Both the position numbers and the translations under genes were made by a program. Under the pieces are notes generated by a model. It had not been told where the DNA came from. It searched no databases and was given only the letters and a program-made list of their open reading frames with translations. Below, in pieces: positions 13,250-25,352 of a stretch of DNA of 64,000 nucleotides. Source of the stretch: Mobula hypostoma (lineage: Eukaryota); assembly GCF_963921235.1 (NCBI RefSeq), contig NC_086097.1, positions 106,704,001 through 106,768,000 of the forward strand, read 5' to 3'. How positions within the stretch are numbered: the stretch's first letter is position 1; every line of letters begins with the position of its first letter.

Positions 13250-13615
13250 TTTAAATACTGTGACCAAACAAATATCTGCAATTTATTTCCTTGGTAACCT
13301 GAGGTGCATCCCATCCAGTCTGTATGTTTTGCATCGGTCAATTAACTTTATCGCTCAGATTGAAATTGGGTTGTTTGTGATACTTTCCAGTACTCACCCG
13401 AAAGACCTTTCTCTGTCATTGTCTGCCAGTTATCACACAACATAGCAAAGAGCTGAGAAGAGTCACTCCCTGCAGGCTTTCAGCAAGAGGATGAGTAGCA
13501 GGAGACAGGAAGAGCACGAGCAAGAAGACAAGGAAGAAAAGGGAGAGAAGAGCTGTCTTCCACTGGCAACACTGATAAGGCACGAGGATAATCTAATAGA
13601 TCACATGTTCACACA
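13250..13615 (+). pseudogene. Fossil Harbinger transposase C-terminal fragment
   Basis: QYSPER then VIVCQLSHNIA followed by a purine-rich/acidic tail, resembling HARBI1-type LQYSP...CCVLHNIA. Confidence 0.6.
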
Positions 13616-14624
13616 ACATTAAATATTTCATTATTTGCTGCTTTTTTATAGGCATATATCACTACAACAGTGATACAAATTCTACTAATTAGAAGCCTGG
13701 ACAACATTGTAATGATTGTCCACCACTTGCAATCTTCATCAGCAGTACATTCTAGGTCATATTTTTGAAGAATATTCTTTACTACAGAGATGCTCAACAT
13801 TTGGATGCACAGTGTATATTTCCCAGTGAAATTCCAGTGTCAGATGTTCAAAGAGCATCACGAGAATGCCTAGCCTATTAATTGCCTCAGGTGGCCTCCT
13901 ACATGATGTCTGATTCCATTCACAACAAGCATGGCTCCATTACACGTGCACCATACTGTCCAGTTAGGAGCAATCCTCTCACGAAGTCCTTTCATAACAC
14001 GCCTTTCAAACATTAACTAACTGGGATATTTAAACAGTATTGATGGCAACTGGCTCAATAGATCCATTACCTGGGTAGATTTCATAAATAACATGGCAAC
14101 ACACTGTGTAAAATTTGATTTAATGGCACTGTCATTTTTCTCTTAGATTAAATACATGCTAAAGTATTATTGGCAAAAGCTGATTCCTTACATTGAAGAA
14201 AGCATTACCTGAATAACTACAGAGATTATATTGAATTCACAGACCAGGAAACATTGACTCTCCTGTTCCACATTAATTGTTCACTGCATACCTGAGAGAC
14301 AACCACTAAGATACTTGCACTCAATTCCATGAAGGAGAAAGTTAAATGATACCTGTTCAGCTCAAGATCAATTAAAGTATCTACATCTGAATAGATGTAG
14401 ATATTTTTCTAATAAGGAGTTCATCATGATGGGAATGATACACTGTGGTCTCTTTTGCAGCAGTTACTTTGATGCTTTTACCTCTATAAACATGTTTTAT
14501 TGGCAAATTAGATGCAAGATGCTAAGAAATGGATTTATTTGTCCATCCCTTTATGCATGCCATTCTGGATAGGAACCTCTATGACCATGGAAAATGGAGC
14601 CAAATGGTTAGAGGTTGTGCATAA

Positions 14625-14850
14625 ACCCAGTTAACCCTAACCTAATAGCGGGACAATTTACAATGACCAATTAATTTAGTTCATCTCTGGACTGTGGGAG
14701 GAAACTAGAAGACCCGGACAAAACCCACACATTCAACAGGGAGGAAGTACAGAGACTCCTTACAGAACGGCATCAGAATTGAACTCTGAAACATCCCAGG
14801 CTATAATAGTGTTGCACTAGCCGCTACATAACATGACACCCTGGGATTGT
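14625..14850 (-). mobile_element. V-SINE (HE1-like) copy; related copies near 5490-5630, 26155-26340, 44925-45135, 46500-46620, 47640-47900, 54870-55080
   Basis: Shared core GGGTTT...CCGGGT.CTCC.GTTTCCTCCCACAGTCCAAAGA. Confidence 0.7.
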
Positions 14851-15509
14851 CAGGGTTGCTGGCTTAATAAGTAAATAAATGATGAGGAATGCAAGCAATC
14901 AGAGACAAGGCTGGATTGCCTCACCCATGCTCACTGATAACACCTTGGCCACACTGCAGTGATTCAACCTGATCTCTCATTATGATTAAAGCAAAACACT
15001 TTTTGCTCATGTGTTTCAATCAGTTGTCATCTCTTGCCATGTTTCAGAGGTTTAATCTAGTTCCTAGGATTACAATAAGGAAAAGAAGTACAATGCACCA
15101 GCCATACTCCCTTCAGTGTTTCCAGTCAAAGCTTGGCAAAATACTTCCCTTTCACAAACAATGATAAGGTAAAATAAAAATGCTTTTACAGAGTTAAACA
15201 TCAAAAGGAAATTACAAATATCAGAACTTAAAAGTTCTTTAATTTCAGGTAAAGCTTGCAAAATGAATGTGAAATTTACTAATCATCTTAAACTCTGATT
15301 AATGATATCTAGTGCTTCCTAACTGTGCTTGCTTTTCAAGTGAGCTTAATGGTGCTACTGCCATACTGCAATGGTCCCCTAGCACCTGACTTCTGGAAGT
15401 CTACCTTCTTTCCAAAGTGCTAGAAGCAGATGTCTATGATAGACACACAAGATGCTGGATGAACTCAGCGGATCAGGCACCACATATGGAGAGAACAGAT
15501 TCTCTCTAG

Positions 15510-16350
15510 AGGTAAACACAAGAAAGTCTTTAGACGCTGGAAATCCAAGCAAAACACATAAAATGCTGGAGGGACTCATCAGGTCAGGCAGCATCTACGG
15601 AAATCAAGGTTTCGGGCCGAGACCCTTTCTTAGTACTGCCAGAATGAAAAGGCGGGGGGAGGGGAAGGAGGATAGCTGGAAGATAGGTGAAGTCAAATGG
15701 TGGGAAAGGTAAAGGGCTGGAGAAAAAAAAGAATTTGATAGGAGAGGAGAGTAGACCATAGGAGAAGAGGACATTGGAAGTCGGGGGGGGGGAGGGAGGT
15801 GATAGGCAGGTAAGAAGAGGTAAGAGGCCAGGGTTGGGAATAGAACTTGGGAGGGGGAGGGAATTTATTTTTTTACCAGAAGGGGAAATCAATATTCATG
15901 CCATTTGGTTGGAGGCTACCCAGACAGAATATAAGGTGTTGCTCCTCCATCCAGAGGGTGGCCTCATCTTAGCACAAAGGCCATGGACCAATACGTCAGA
16001 ATGGGAATGGGAATCCGAATTAAAATGTTTGGCCACTTGGGAAGTTCTACTTTAGCAGATTGAGCGGAGGTGCTTGATGAAGCAGTCTCCGAATTTACAA
16101 TGGGTCCCAATGGGTAGAGAAGCCTGCATCGGGAGCGCCAGCCACAAATGACCACCCCAGCAGATTCACAGGTGAAGTGTTGCTTCACCCGGAAAGACTG
16201 ATTGGGGCCCTGAATGGAGATGAAGAGAGGAGGTGAATTGGCAGGTATAGCACTTGGGCTGCTTGCAGGAATAGATGCCAAGAGAGAGATTAGTGAGGAC
16301 GGACAAATGGACAAGAGAAACAGGGAGGGACAATACCTGTGGAAAGCTGC
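15510..16350 (-). mobile_element. Penelope-like element 3' portion with GIY-YIG endonuclease remnant
   Basis: IQGPNQSFRVKQHFTCESAGVV.C..SRCRLLY motif in ORF 15964-16314, followed by the family 3' end. Confidence 0.88.
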
Positions 16351-17389
16351 CTAATCAGCTGAGCTCCTCTTAACATATTCTATTTTGCTCCAGATTCCAG
16401 CATCTGCAGAGCCCTCATGACTCATGTCTGTGATGAAAGTCCACCGTGAATTCCTGCCCTTAAAGGGCCAGCTTCCAATTATTGTGGCAATAATCTAAAA
16501 AAGCAGGTGGTGGGCACTAGTGAAGGCACAGACACACAGCCAGTGATGGTGGGAGAAATCCTGAGAGAAACTGCCAAGGTAGTGACTGAAAAGATAACTA
16601 TTCAAATGTGTTCCGGCTTAAACCACCTTAGTGTCATGAGAGCAAACCAGACTTTGTCAATTCAAAAGAAATACACCAGTATGTTCCATGATGGCTTCAC
16701 TGAGAACTATTGAGACATCTATCAGTTCCTGGAAAATAGCAATTCGCTCACACTGGAGATCAAACTGATGGTTAGAAGTGTTAGTGGAGCTATGGTATGC
16801 TTGGACTGCGATGTCTGTATCTTCCATGTATACTTCCAGAGTACTGGCGGTAGCTGATCCAAAAGTGTGTGTTGATACCAGAGTGCAAGTGATACTGCCC
16901 TAGCTCTTTAGTACTATTTGCAAAGCATTTGTTGTAGATTTATCCATAACCCTAGTTAACTTGCGCATTCAATGTGACAGGCCTAAAAAGGTAGCCGTCA
17001 TTTCACTGTGTATCCCGACTCTTAAATTTCCTGTTCCTTGCTGCCTGAAAGCCAAGGAGCTTCCAACATACACACATTTGTCTGCACTATTCGTCTGCTT
17101 TTGTGGTGCTGGTTTCTGAGCTGGTGGCCTTCTAGTTCCCCAACAACTGCATTTTGTCATTTTCCAACCCTTTCCTCCACCTTTTCCTCTTCGTTGGCCA
17201 CTGGAGTCTAGTGTGGTGTTTCCTTCGGAGCCTGCAATTATAAGGACGGAAACAATAGCACGGCAACATACCATGTATTGTCCCTTTGTGTCATGTGGCC
17301 AACACACATTTTAAACATCGAGGTCATTTCAAAAGGCGAGAGTTATGTTGAATAATCATGAAATAAATGCATACCAGGCAGATTCTTAA

Positions 17390-18040
17390 CTTGCTCTGCT
17401 GACACTGGGGCATGGAGCTCGGCTGTTCATGAGGAAGAGGACCCTCTCCTCCAGACTGGTCAGTCTCGTAGCCTGAGAGGGCCCCCCTCCTGTCTGCCCT
17501 GACAGGTGGCGGTTGCATGCGGCCTTTGCCTGTAAGACAAAGAGGCAGATTAATGAGATGGACCCATGAGATGTTTGTCCTGCTTCATCAATGTGTGTCA
17601 GTGTCTGGCTCCTGGTAATTGTGAAGGAGGGATGAAGATAAAGGGGGGAGCGTATTGTCAGTGTCTGTCTGTGGGTGTTGATGAGGGCTGGAGGGGGCAA
17701 AGAGTTTTTCAGTATCTGGCTGCTAGTGCTGGGGAGCAAGAGTTGTTACCTGTATGGTCATTGTGTTAGAGCTAATGGCAACTGACATATCAGTAGCAAA
17801 TACTGGGTGCTGATCTCACCTTCAAGTATGGTATGAGGTAATTGAACTTCTGTACTGCTCCTTGTTCCTAAGTGTGGCTTCGTGCAATAAGCTCCTGAAC
17901 CACCTCCTACTAGATAAGCTAGTCGCTGCCCTGATAGTTTCCTGGAACCCCTCGTGCCAACAAGCACTCTCCACTTGTGGATCTCCTCCACCAGTTTTTT
18001 AAGGCTCCTATCAATAAAGCTCCTTCTCCTCTCTCACCGC
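17390..18040 (-). pseudogene. Fossil Harbinger Myb/SANT-like gene, two exons
   Basis: Exon A RRSFIDRSLKKLVEEI..RVLVG...EVVQELIARS...KFNYLIPYLK|GTGAG; intron 17819-17530 ending TCTTACAG; exon B AKAACNRHLSGQTGGGPSQATRLTSLEERVL. Confidence 0.7.
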
Positions 18041-18887
18041 TCTGTTTGCAATTCTTCACATACACACCACATGACATTTTACCCGTTGCAGCAGTGATGA
18101 TTCAGAATATATGTGAGTGAGTGCAAAGTGGCACTGCAAAATTGATTCTGCAGCTTCAGCCATCTGTATCAGCAGCCTTTGATTTCTTGACCCTGTGTCA
18201 ATGGCTGCACAGAATTACAACAGACGGATGGATATAATAAGATGTAGCCGTTGCCATATAAGGCAGTGTTCGTATAAAAACAAAACATGCCAACATTATT
18301 GTGCAGTTCTTCGGTCATGATCCTTCTACAACTTCTGAAAAGGGTTAGGTCAAAGCACAATGTTACTTTAATGCTCCAGTCATGCAGCAGATGGATTTCA
18401 AGGCTGGTGAATTTTTTTACTGAGAGTCAAAAGACGCTGGATTCAAATGACACAGAACATGCTGGAGGTCAGGCAGCAGCTGTGGAAACAATCAACATTG
18501 TGGGTCTGCAATGTCTGATGAAGAGTTGATTGTTTCTCTTCACCTAATAGGCCGAGTTTTTCCAGTTTATATTGGTTTAGTGTTGATTTTGCTAATGCAT
18601 GTGTAAATTTCCACTGAAGCACCTACCTGTGCTAGAAAGTGGTTTAAAACATACGTAGCTATAGCTCCATCAGTAACGTTCAGAGTGAGTTAGCTTCCAT
18701 CTACTGCCATGGCTCCCCATTCCCATCGTTATTTCCATCTATATTTCTCACTTCCACTTACATTATTATTTCCAGGGTGTTTCAATAAAGACAACCATTC
18801 CAGCCACTTAAACCTGCTGACCAGAGGGATAGGATTGTGAAGGGGTCGGCGAGAGGTGGAAAGGATGAACAGCATACCTTGTATATA

Positions 18888-19451
18888 CACTCAGTGGCTA
18901 CTTCATTAGGTACACCTGTACATCTGCTCGTTAATGCAAATATCTAAGCAGCCAAAAATGTGGCAGCAACTCAATGCATAAAAGGATGCAGACAAGGTCA
19001 AGAAGTTCAGTTGTTTTTCATACCAAACTTCAGAATTGGAAAGGTAATCTAAGTGACTTTGACAGTGGAGTAATTGTTGGTGCCAGACAGGGTGGTTTGA
19101 ATATCTAGAAACTGCTGATCTTCTGGGATTTGCGCACACAACAGTCTCTAGAGTTTACAGAGAAAGATGTGAAAAAGAAAAAACGTCCAGTGGGTGGTAG
19201 CTCTGTTGGCGAAAACACCTTGTTAATGAATGAGCTCAGAGGAGAATGGCCAGACAGATTCAAGCTGATAGGAAGGTGAAAATAACTCAAATAACCACGT
19301 GTTACAACAGTAGTGTGCAGAAGAGCCTCTCTGCATGCACGATACATTGAACTTTGAAGTAGTTGGGCTAAAGCAGCAGAAGATCATAGACAAGCACTCA
19401 GTTTTCACTTTATTAGGTACAGGAGGTATCTAATAAAGTGGCCACTGACTG
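18888..19451. mobile_element. Tc1-derived non-autonomous element
   Basis: TA-CACTCAGTGGC...TAATAAAGTGGCCACTGACTG-TA. Confidence 0.88.
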
Positions 19452-19696
19452 TACAGTATATTGTACATATCTCAACAATAAAACATTAATAAAAGTGAAA
19501 TGAAGGCTAATATGAAACTCTAGTAATTTGAGTTAACTCCAGGTGGCTTTGCCATTTCTGAATTTTCCATCACAAATTTATGCCTCATGTCAGCTAGTTT
19601 TTTGCATGAGGCATGGAAGAAGATCAATGCAAGAACTTTAAACAGACATTTCTTGTATGTGTTACAAAGGCCTGAACAAAATTGTGTGCTCTAAAG

Positions 19697-19875
19697 CAGT
19701 AGTCTCCAACCTCCAGGCTGCGGACCGATACTGGGCCACGAAGAATGCAGCGGTGCAGCGGTAGCCGGAACGCACCCAGCACATCTTTAAGAAAAAAGCT
19801 GAAATAAACAAGCTAATTAATTAGGTGCCACCCAGCACGTAAATGTCGGCCCAGATCAGAGGCGATCGCCGATTT
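19697..19875. mobile_element. Probable hAT-type MITE end
   Basis: CAGTAGTCTCCAACCT terminus and CpG-rich body; second end not seen. Confidence 0.4.
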
Positions 19876-20177
19876 CACTTGCTCTACGCTATAGTACATT
19901 TTCAGTGCCCATAAACTTCAAAATGAAGAGTACACAGCCTGTTGAGCAAAACATTATTCCCAAATCAGAGCTTCCTGGAGAAAACATTTGAGTTATGAAA
20001 TGTTTGCCGATACTGGAAATGTAAAACAAAATTAGAAAATGCAGAAAATCCTCACCAGTCCAGGCAGCAGCTGACAAAGGGTCTTTGACCTATAACAATA
20101 ACTCTGTTTTCCTTTTCCACAAATGATGCCTGACCCTTTTCTGTAATGTTTGTGTGAACTGGTTTTAAATTATAGCC

Positions 20178-20367
20178 ACGCAAACACAAGGAATTCTGCA
20201 GATGATGGAAATTCAAGCAACACACATCAAAGTTGCTGGTGAACGCAGCAGGCCAGGCAGCATCTGACGAAGACCTGACGAAGGGTCTCGGCCCGAAACG
20301 TCGACTGTATCTCTTCCTAGAGATGCTGCCTGGCCTGCTGCGTTCACTAGCAACTTTGATGTGTGTT
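20178..20367. mobile_element. Inverted Penelope ends enclosing a hammerhead core (20275-20308, +)
   Basis: 47-bp arms 20219-20265 and 20321-20367 (1 mismatch); CTGACGAAGGGTCTCGGCCCGAAACGTCGACTGT in the spacer. Confidence 0.85.
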
Positions 20368-20764
20368 AAATTATAGACATATAATCAAACCAAATTCGAG
20401 ACTTTTCAAGGCACACCAATGAGCTCCAGCAATTAAAGTCATAAATTTACCTGATACTTGAATCCCTGAACTGGTAGGAAAATGCACTTAAGTTATTTGC
20501 AATATTTATTAAATGCTTGATTCTATGATGGTGGACAACTGTGGACAACAGATAATTGATAAAGCTGTCTACAGTCCCTCCCTTACTTTCAAATTTCACT
20601 TTCTATCGTGTAGCTTTTTTAAAACTGCATAACGAGATGTGTAAATAGAGGATCTCAAGACCAGCTGAAGAACTCACAATATTGAATCACAAATCACAAA
20701 TGATTAGAAAGAACTGAGAGTTCTCCTACACAAATACCTGAACAGTAAAAGGAGTTTTGTTGTC

Positions 20765-21237
20765 AGAGTCATAGAGCACCGAGCACAGGAACAGGCCCTT
20801 TGGCAGCCACTCTAGCAAAACATGATTTTCTGCCCAGTACCATCTCCTCGCACACAGATCATAGCCATTCATAACCCTCCCATTCAGGTACCTATTCAAA
20901 CTTCTCTTAAATGTTGCACATCTACCTCTTCTGCTGGCAGCTTGTTCCACACTCACACTACCCTCTAAGCGAGGGAAGAACCCTCTCAAATTCTTTTTAA
21001 GTGTTTCATCTTTCATGATAATCTGTGACTTCTAAATCTAGTCTCACCCAATTTCAGGGGGGAAAAATCCTGTATGTATTTACCATATCTACCGCCTTTA
21101 TAACTTTGTACACCTCTATAAGTTCTCTCCTCATTCTTTTACGCTCCAGGGATTCAAGTCCTAACCGATTCAATCTTTCCCTATAACTCAGGTTGCCAAT
21201 TTCTGGCAACATCCTTGTTAATTTTCTCTATACTCTT
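20765..21237 (-). mobile_element. CR1 LINE 3' fragment, old
   Basis: Homology to the other CR1 3' ends in the window. Confidence 0.8.
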
Positions 21238-21604
21238 TAAAACAAAATACAAGCTAGTAATTAATGAAACACTCTCTGAACACATGCAGTAAATGTAACA
21301 GGGAACTGCACACAGAAAATGAAATATTTCAAGTAGTGAATATATGTGCCTTGAAGTTGGATTACATAGTACCCATTCTTGTAAGCCACATGGCCAGATT
21401 CCAATTTCAAAAATCATTGAAAATCAGTGACATCATGAAGTAAGTTGCGAAAAGACCCAATTTTCATTTCAGAGCATTCATTTAGCTAAAAATTTGGATA
21501 GCAGATATACATTAAGCAATAGCTTCCACGGTGTGCAGCGATCACCATTAGATATGACTACTGTCATTTTCAATTACATAATAATGTCTAAAGCTGTTTA
21601 TAGG

Positions 21605-22753
21605 CCACAGGTCCTTAAACAGCATTATTAACAGCTGTGAAGCCCTCCTGAGTCTCACTCAGCAGATCCCAGACCAACTCTAAAAATTTAATTCCACAAG
21701 ATCCACTTCAGGATAACTACAAGTAGAGCTACTAGGACTTGATGTTTCAGTCCCTATGATAAGTCGGCACTATCAATGTTGGCAGTGGGTATGGAGTGGT
21801 GACAAGAAGGGAGGGTAGGTACGTCATCGGGGTCATCAGGTGGGTACCCTCCTTCTTTGACATTTCGTTGATAAGCCCACGACATCTCCAGAGGGCTCAA
21901 CGGTGCTACCTGACGTCCCAGATACACCACCCTTAGTTCCATACCCTCCTGTCTTCATCTTGCAGCCCAGTTGTTGTCTTTCCCTTTAATCCAAATCCAA
22001 TTGCTGCTTTCTTCTGCTGTGTTTGACAAGGACTTGATTGCTTGTTGGAGGGAGTGATCCCCTCACCCCCATCTTCTTCAGTTGACTGGTCGTAGATGTA
22101 GCAACAAATCCCCTGCATCCCACAGGCGCATAAGCAGCATTATTAACAGCTGTGAAGCCCTCCCGAGTCTCACTCAGCAGATCCCAGACCAACTCTAAAA
22201 ATTTAATTCCACAAGATCCACTTCAGGATAACTACAAGTAGAGCTACTAGGACTTGATATTTCAGTCCCTATGATAAGTCGGCACTATCAATGTTGGCAG
22301 TGGGTATGGAGTGGTGACAAGAAGGGAGGGTAGGTACGTCATCGGGGTCATCAGGTGGGTACCCTCCTTCTTTGACATTTCGTTGATAAGCCCACGACAT
22401 CTCCAGAGGGCTCAACGGTGCTACCTGACGTCCCAGATACACCACCCTTAGTTCCATACCCTCCTGTCTTCATCTTGCAGCCCAGTTGTTGTCTTTCCCT
22501 TTAATCCAAATCCAATTGCTGCTTTCTTCTGCTGTGTTTGACAAGGACTTGATTGCTTGTTGGAGGGAGTGATCCCCTCACCCCCATCTTCTTCAGTTGA
22601 CTGGTCGTAGATGTAGCAACAAATCCCCTGCATCCCACAGGTGCATAAGCAGCATTATTAACAGCTGTGAAGCCCTCCTGAGTGTCACTCAACAGATACC
22701 AGACCAACTCTAAAAATTTAATTCCACAAGATCCACTTCAGGATAACTGCAAG
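21605..22753 (-). repeat. 515-bp tandem duplication (about 2.3 units) containing the 3' end of an RLE-type (HERO/NeSL-like) non-LTR element
   Basis: Identical ORFs offset by 515; minus strand VGCRGFVATSTTSQLKKMGVRG / LQQAIKSLSNTAEESSNWIWIKGKDNNWAAR*. Confidence 0.85.
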
Positions 22754-23044
22754 ACAGAGATCAGCTACAAAAGTGAGCACACACGGAAATGGATAGGAAA
22801 TCAGTTGTAAAAGAGCAGAGATTAATTCTAAAAGAGCAAGTGATCCGCTAACAAAATATTAGGTTCAAGGAGAAAATTGCCAGAGATGAATTATAAAACA
22901 GCAGAGCCATCAAACACTACCCTCTGAGTGAGGGAAGAACCAAAAGACTAGCTTCAAAAGACTAGCAAACTGGCTAAAAAAAAGTTCACCTAGTAAAGAT
23001 TATGGGCTCAGCCATGAACAAGCCAAAGATTAAGTGCTAAAAAG

Positions 23045-23398
23045 AACATCACCTGCCCATCACCTCTCTCTGGTGCCCCTCATCCTTCCTCTTCTTCAAT
23101 GGTCCACTATCCTTTCCTATTAGATTCCTTCTTCTTCAGCAGTTTACCTCTTCCACCTATCACCTTCTAGCTTCTTACTTCATCTCCCCCTTTCCCCACT
23201 GACATTCCCCCTCACCTGGTTTCACCTATCACCTGCCAGCTTGTACTCCTTCCCTACACCCACCTTCTTATTCTGGCTTCTTCCCCCTCCCCCCCGCCCA
23301 AGTCCTGATGAAGGATCTGGGGCTGAAACACTGACTGTTTATTCCACTCCGTAGGTGCTGCCTGACCTGCTAAGTTCCTCCAGCATTTTGTGTGTTGC
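23045..23398 (+). mobile_element. Penelope-like 3' end
   Basis: AGTCCTGATGAAGG...GAAAC..GACTG at 23301-23338 plus family tail. Confidence 0.78.
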
Positions 23399-24491
23399 AC
23401 TAGAAGAGTGCAAATTCATCTACAAAAATATAGGAGATCAGCTAAAATAACCAGTGGATGACCTACAAGACCATTAGATTGAGTACAACCGAATAGTGCG
23501 TTAGCCACAGAAGAACCACAGATAGTCACAAAAGAGTAGAACATCCTTTGGAGGGAGTAATCCCCATTAAACTATTAAAATCAGCTAGAGAAAGCCAAAG
23601 ATCAGTGACCAATGAGCAGAAGATTATCTACATAGAGACTAAGTAAATTGGTATGAAAGAGCCATGATGAGTTATAAGTGAACACAAGGCCACTTACATG
23701 AGATAAGGGGATACAATACAAAAGAGTTTGAGATTAAGCTATTGCTCCAAGATGACACCGTTGAGTTGTAGCTCTGATTTATTAATTGTGTTTTTAGGTT
23801 CGTAAAGATAGATTTGGGGATAGACAGAGCAGTTAGGGGTCAGATGAAACCAGCAACGTGAACGTGAAACATCCATGGTTAGATGTCGGACCAGCAGAGA
23901 GTAGATACCCACACACCATCACCCCCCCCGCCCCCGGTCAACATGCTCTGGTGTCAGAGTTCTATGCAGGAGGGAAGAACAAGGTCCGATGACCCCCTAG
24001 GTTCGCGAATTGATGAGACTAGAGCTCGAGGCCTCGTATTCGGAATCCCGTCATCGGCAAGTCCAGAGTTTGAGGCCTAGTATTTGGTGATTGGTGTGAC
24101 CTGGGATTGATGTCAAGGATAGAGGTCCAAGGATCAAATCAGAAGTCAAGGAAGATTGGCCAGATCCAGGTCTATGAATCTCTGCAATTCCGCTAGGGTG
24201 GTCAAAGCCTGGTGTCTGCAGCCCCATGTCTGTATCCGCTGGAGGCTCAAGCCTGGAGGGCTGTCCTAGAGTTATAGGGCTGTGTATGTGTGTGGTTGCA
24301 TGGGAGGGAGAAACGTGGCTTTTTTGCTGTTGTTGTTTTTTCAAATGTTGTGTTCTATGTTCTTCTGCCGAGCATTGTGGGCATGCTGTGTTGGTGCCAG
24401 AACATGTGGCGATACTTGAGAGGGCGCTGAGGACAGCCCAAGGGTATGCTGGTTGTTATGGTAAACAACGCACTTCACTGCTTGTTTCAAT

Positions 24492-25352
24492 TGTTACGTA
24501 CCCCGTAACTGGGTTGCCAAACCAGCAGAAATGGATCACTCAGTTGGAGTCTGGATTACTAGAACTAAGAAAGTTTTATTAAAGAAACAAGCAACACAGT
24601 AATCGAAAGGATAATAAATGCAACAGTTCAGTGATGATAAACACACATGGGCACAGCATTAAGATAACAGCATCAATCAAGCTCTATCGTTGTCTAGGGG
24701 TAAATGACCAATTTCAAAATGACTCAAAGTTCAGTCCAGTTTGTAGTTCAGTTCGCAGTAATCGTTGCCATGGCGATGGACAAGGTGGGGGAAGAGAGAC
24801 AGAGAGAACAGGAACAACTGATCATTCAGAACGGCTTCACTCACAGACCAGCGGGATGGCTCACAAACAGCATTTGGGCGGGTCCTTGGTGATGTCACCT
24901 GAGGTCACCGACTGTGACCCCTCCTCCAGATGCGGTCGATCCTCTGCAGTGAACCCGGCACCCAGGCAAGGGCGGACACACACCGGGTTCCCGCTGATCG
25001 TACCTTTCCACCCTGGTCGTTGTCTGGTACTTCTCACCCACTCGTGAGAAGCGTACCGCTTCCAGGGTCTCGTTACCTCGGGTGGCGTGTGTGTCTGTCT
25101 TAGCGAACCTGTCCCTTTTTATCCCCCTGCTGGGGTATCGCCTGTCCATCACTTCAAACAGTTCAGGGTTCAAAGGGGGGAGCCGCTCCAGACAGCTCTC
25201 CCTCCCACATCCCTTCATTACACATCTCCAGACGCTGCTCCATTGTTCCTTATCTCTCCTTCCCCTGAGGGCAGGTGGCAGACCAACTGCTGATGCCACT
25301 GATGCTAGCCCAGGCCAGCAAACATCTTAATTTTATGTGTATTCTCGTAACA
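24492..25352 (-). mobile_element. Solo LTR (Gypsy-type), 861 bp
   Basis: TGTTACG...CGTAACA inverted termini; perfect 4-bp TSD CAAT; AATAAA and TATA-like motif on minus. Confidence 0.9.

Noticed and set aside
21754..22707. Endogenous viral element or viroid-like repeat
   Set aside because: Frameshift-joined translation matches the C-terminus of RLE non-LTR retrotransposons; no viral hallmark seen
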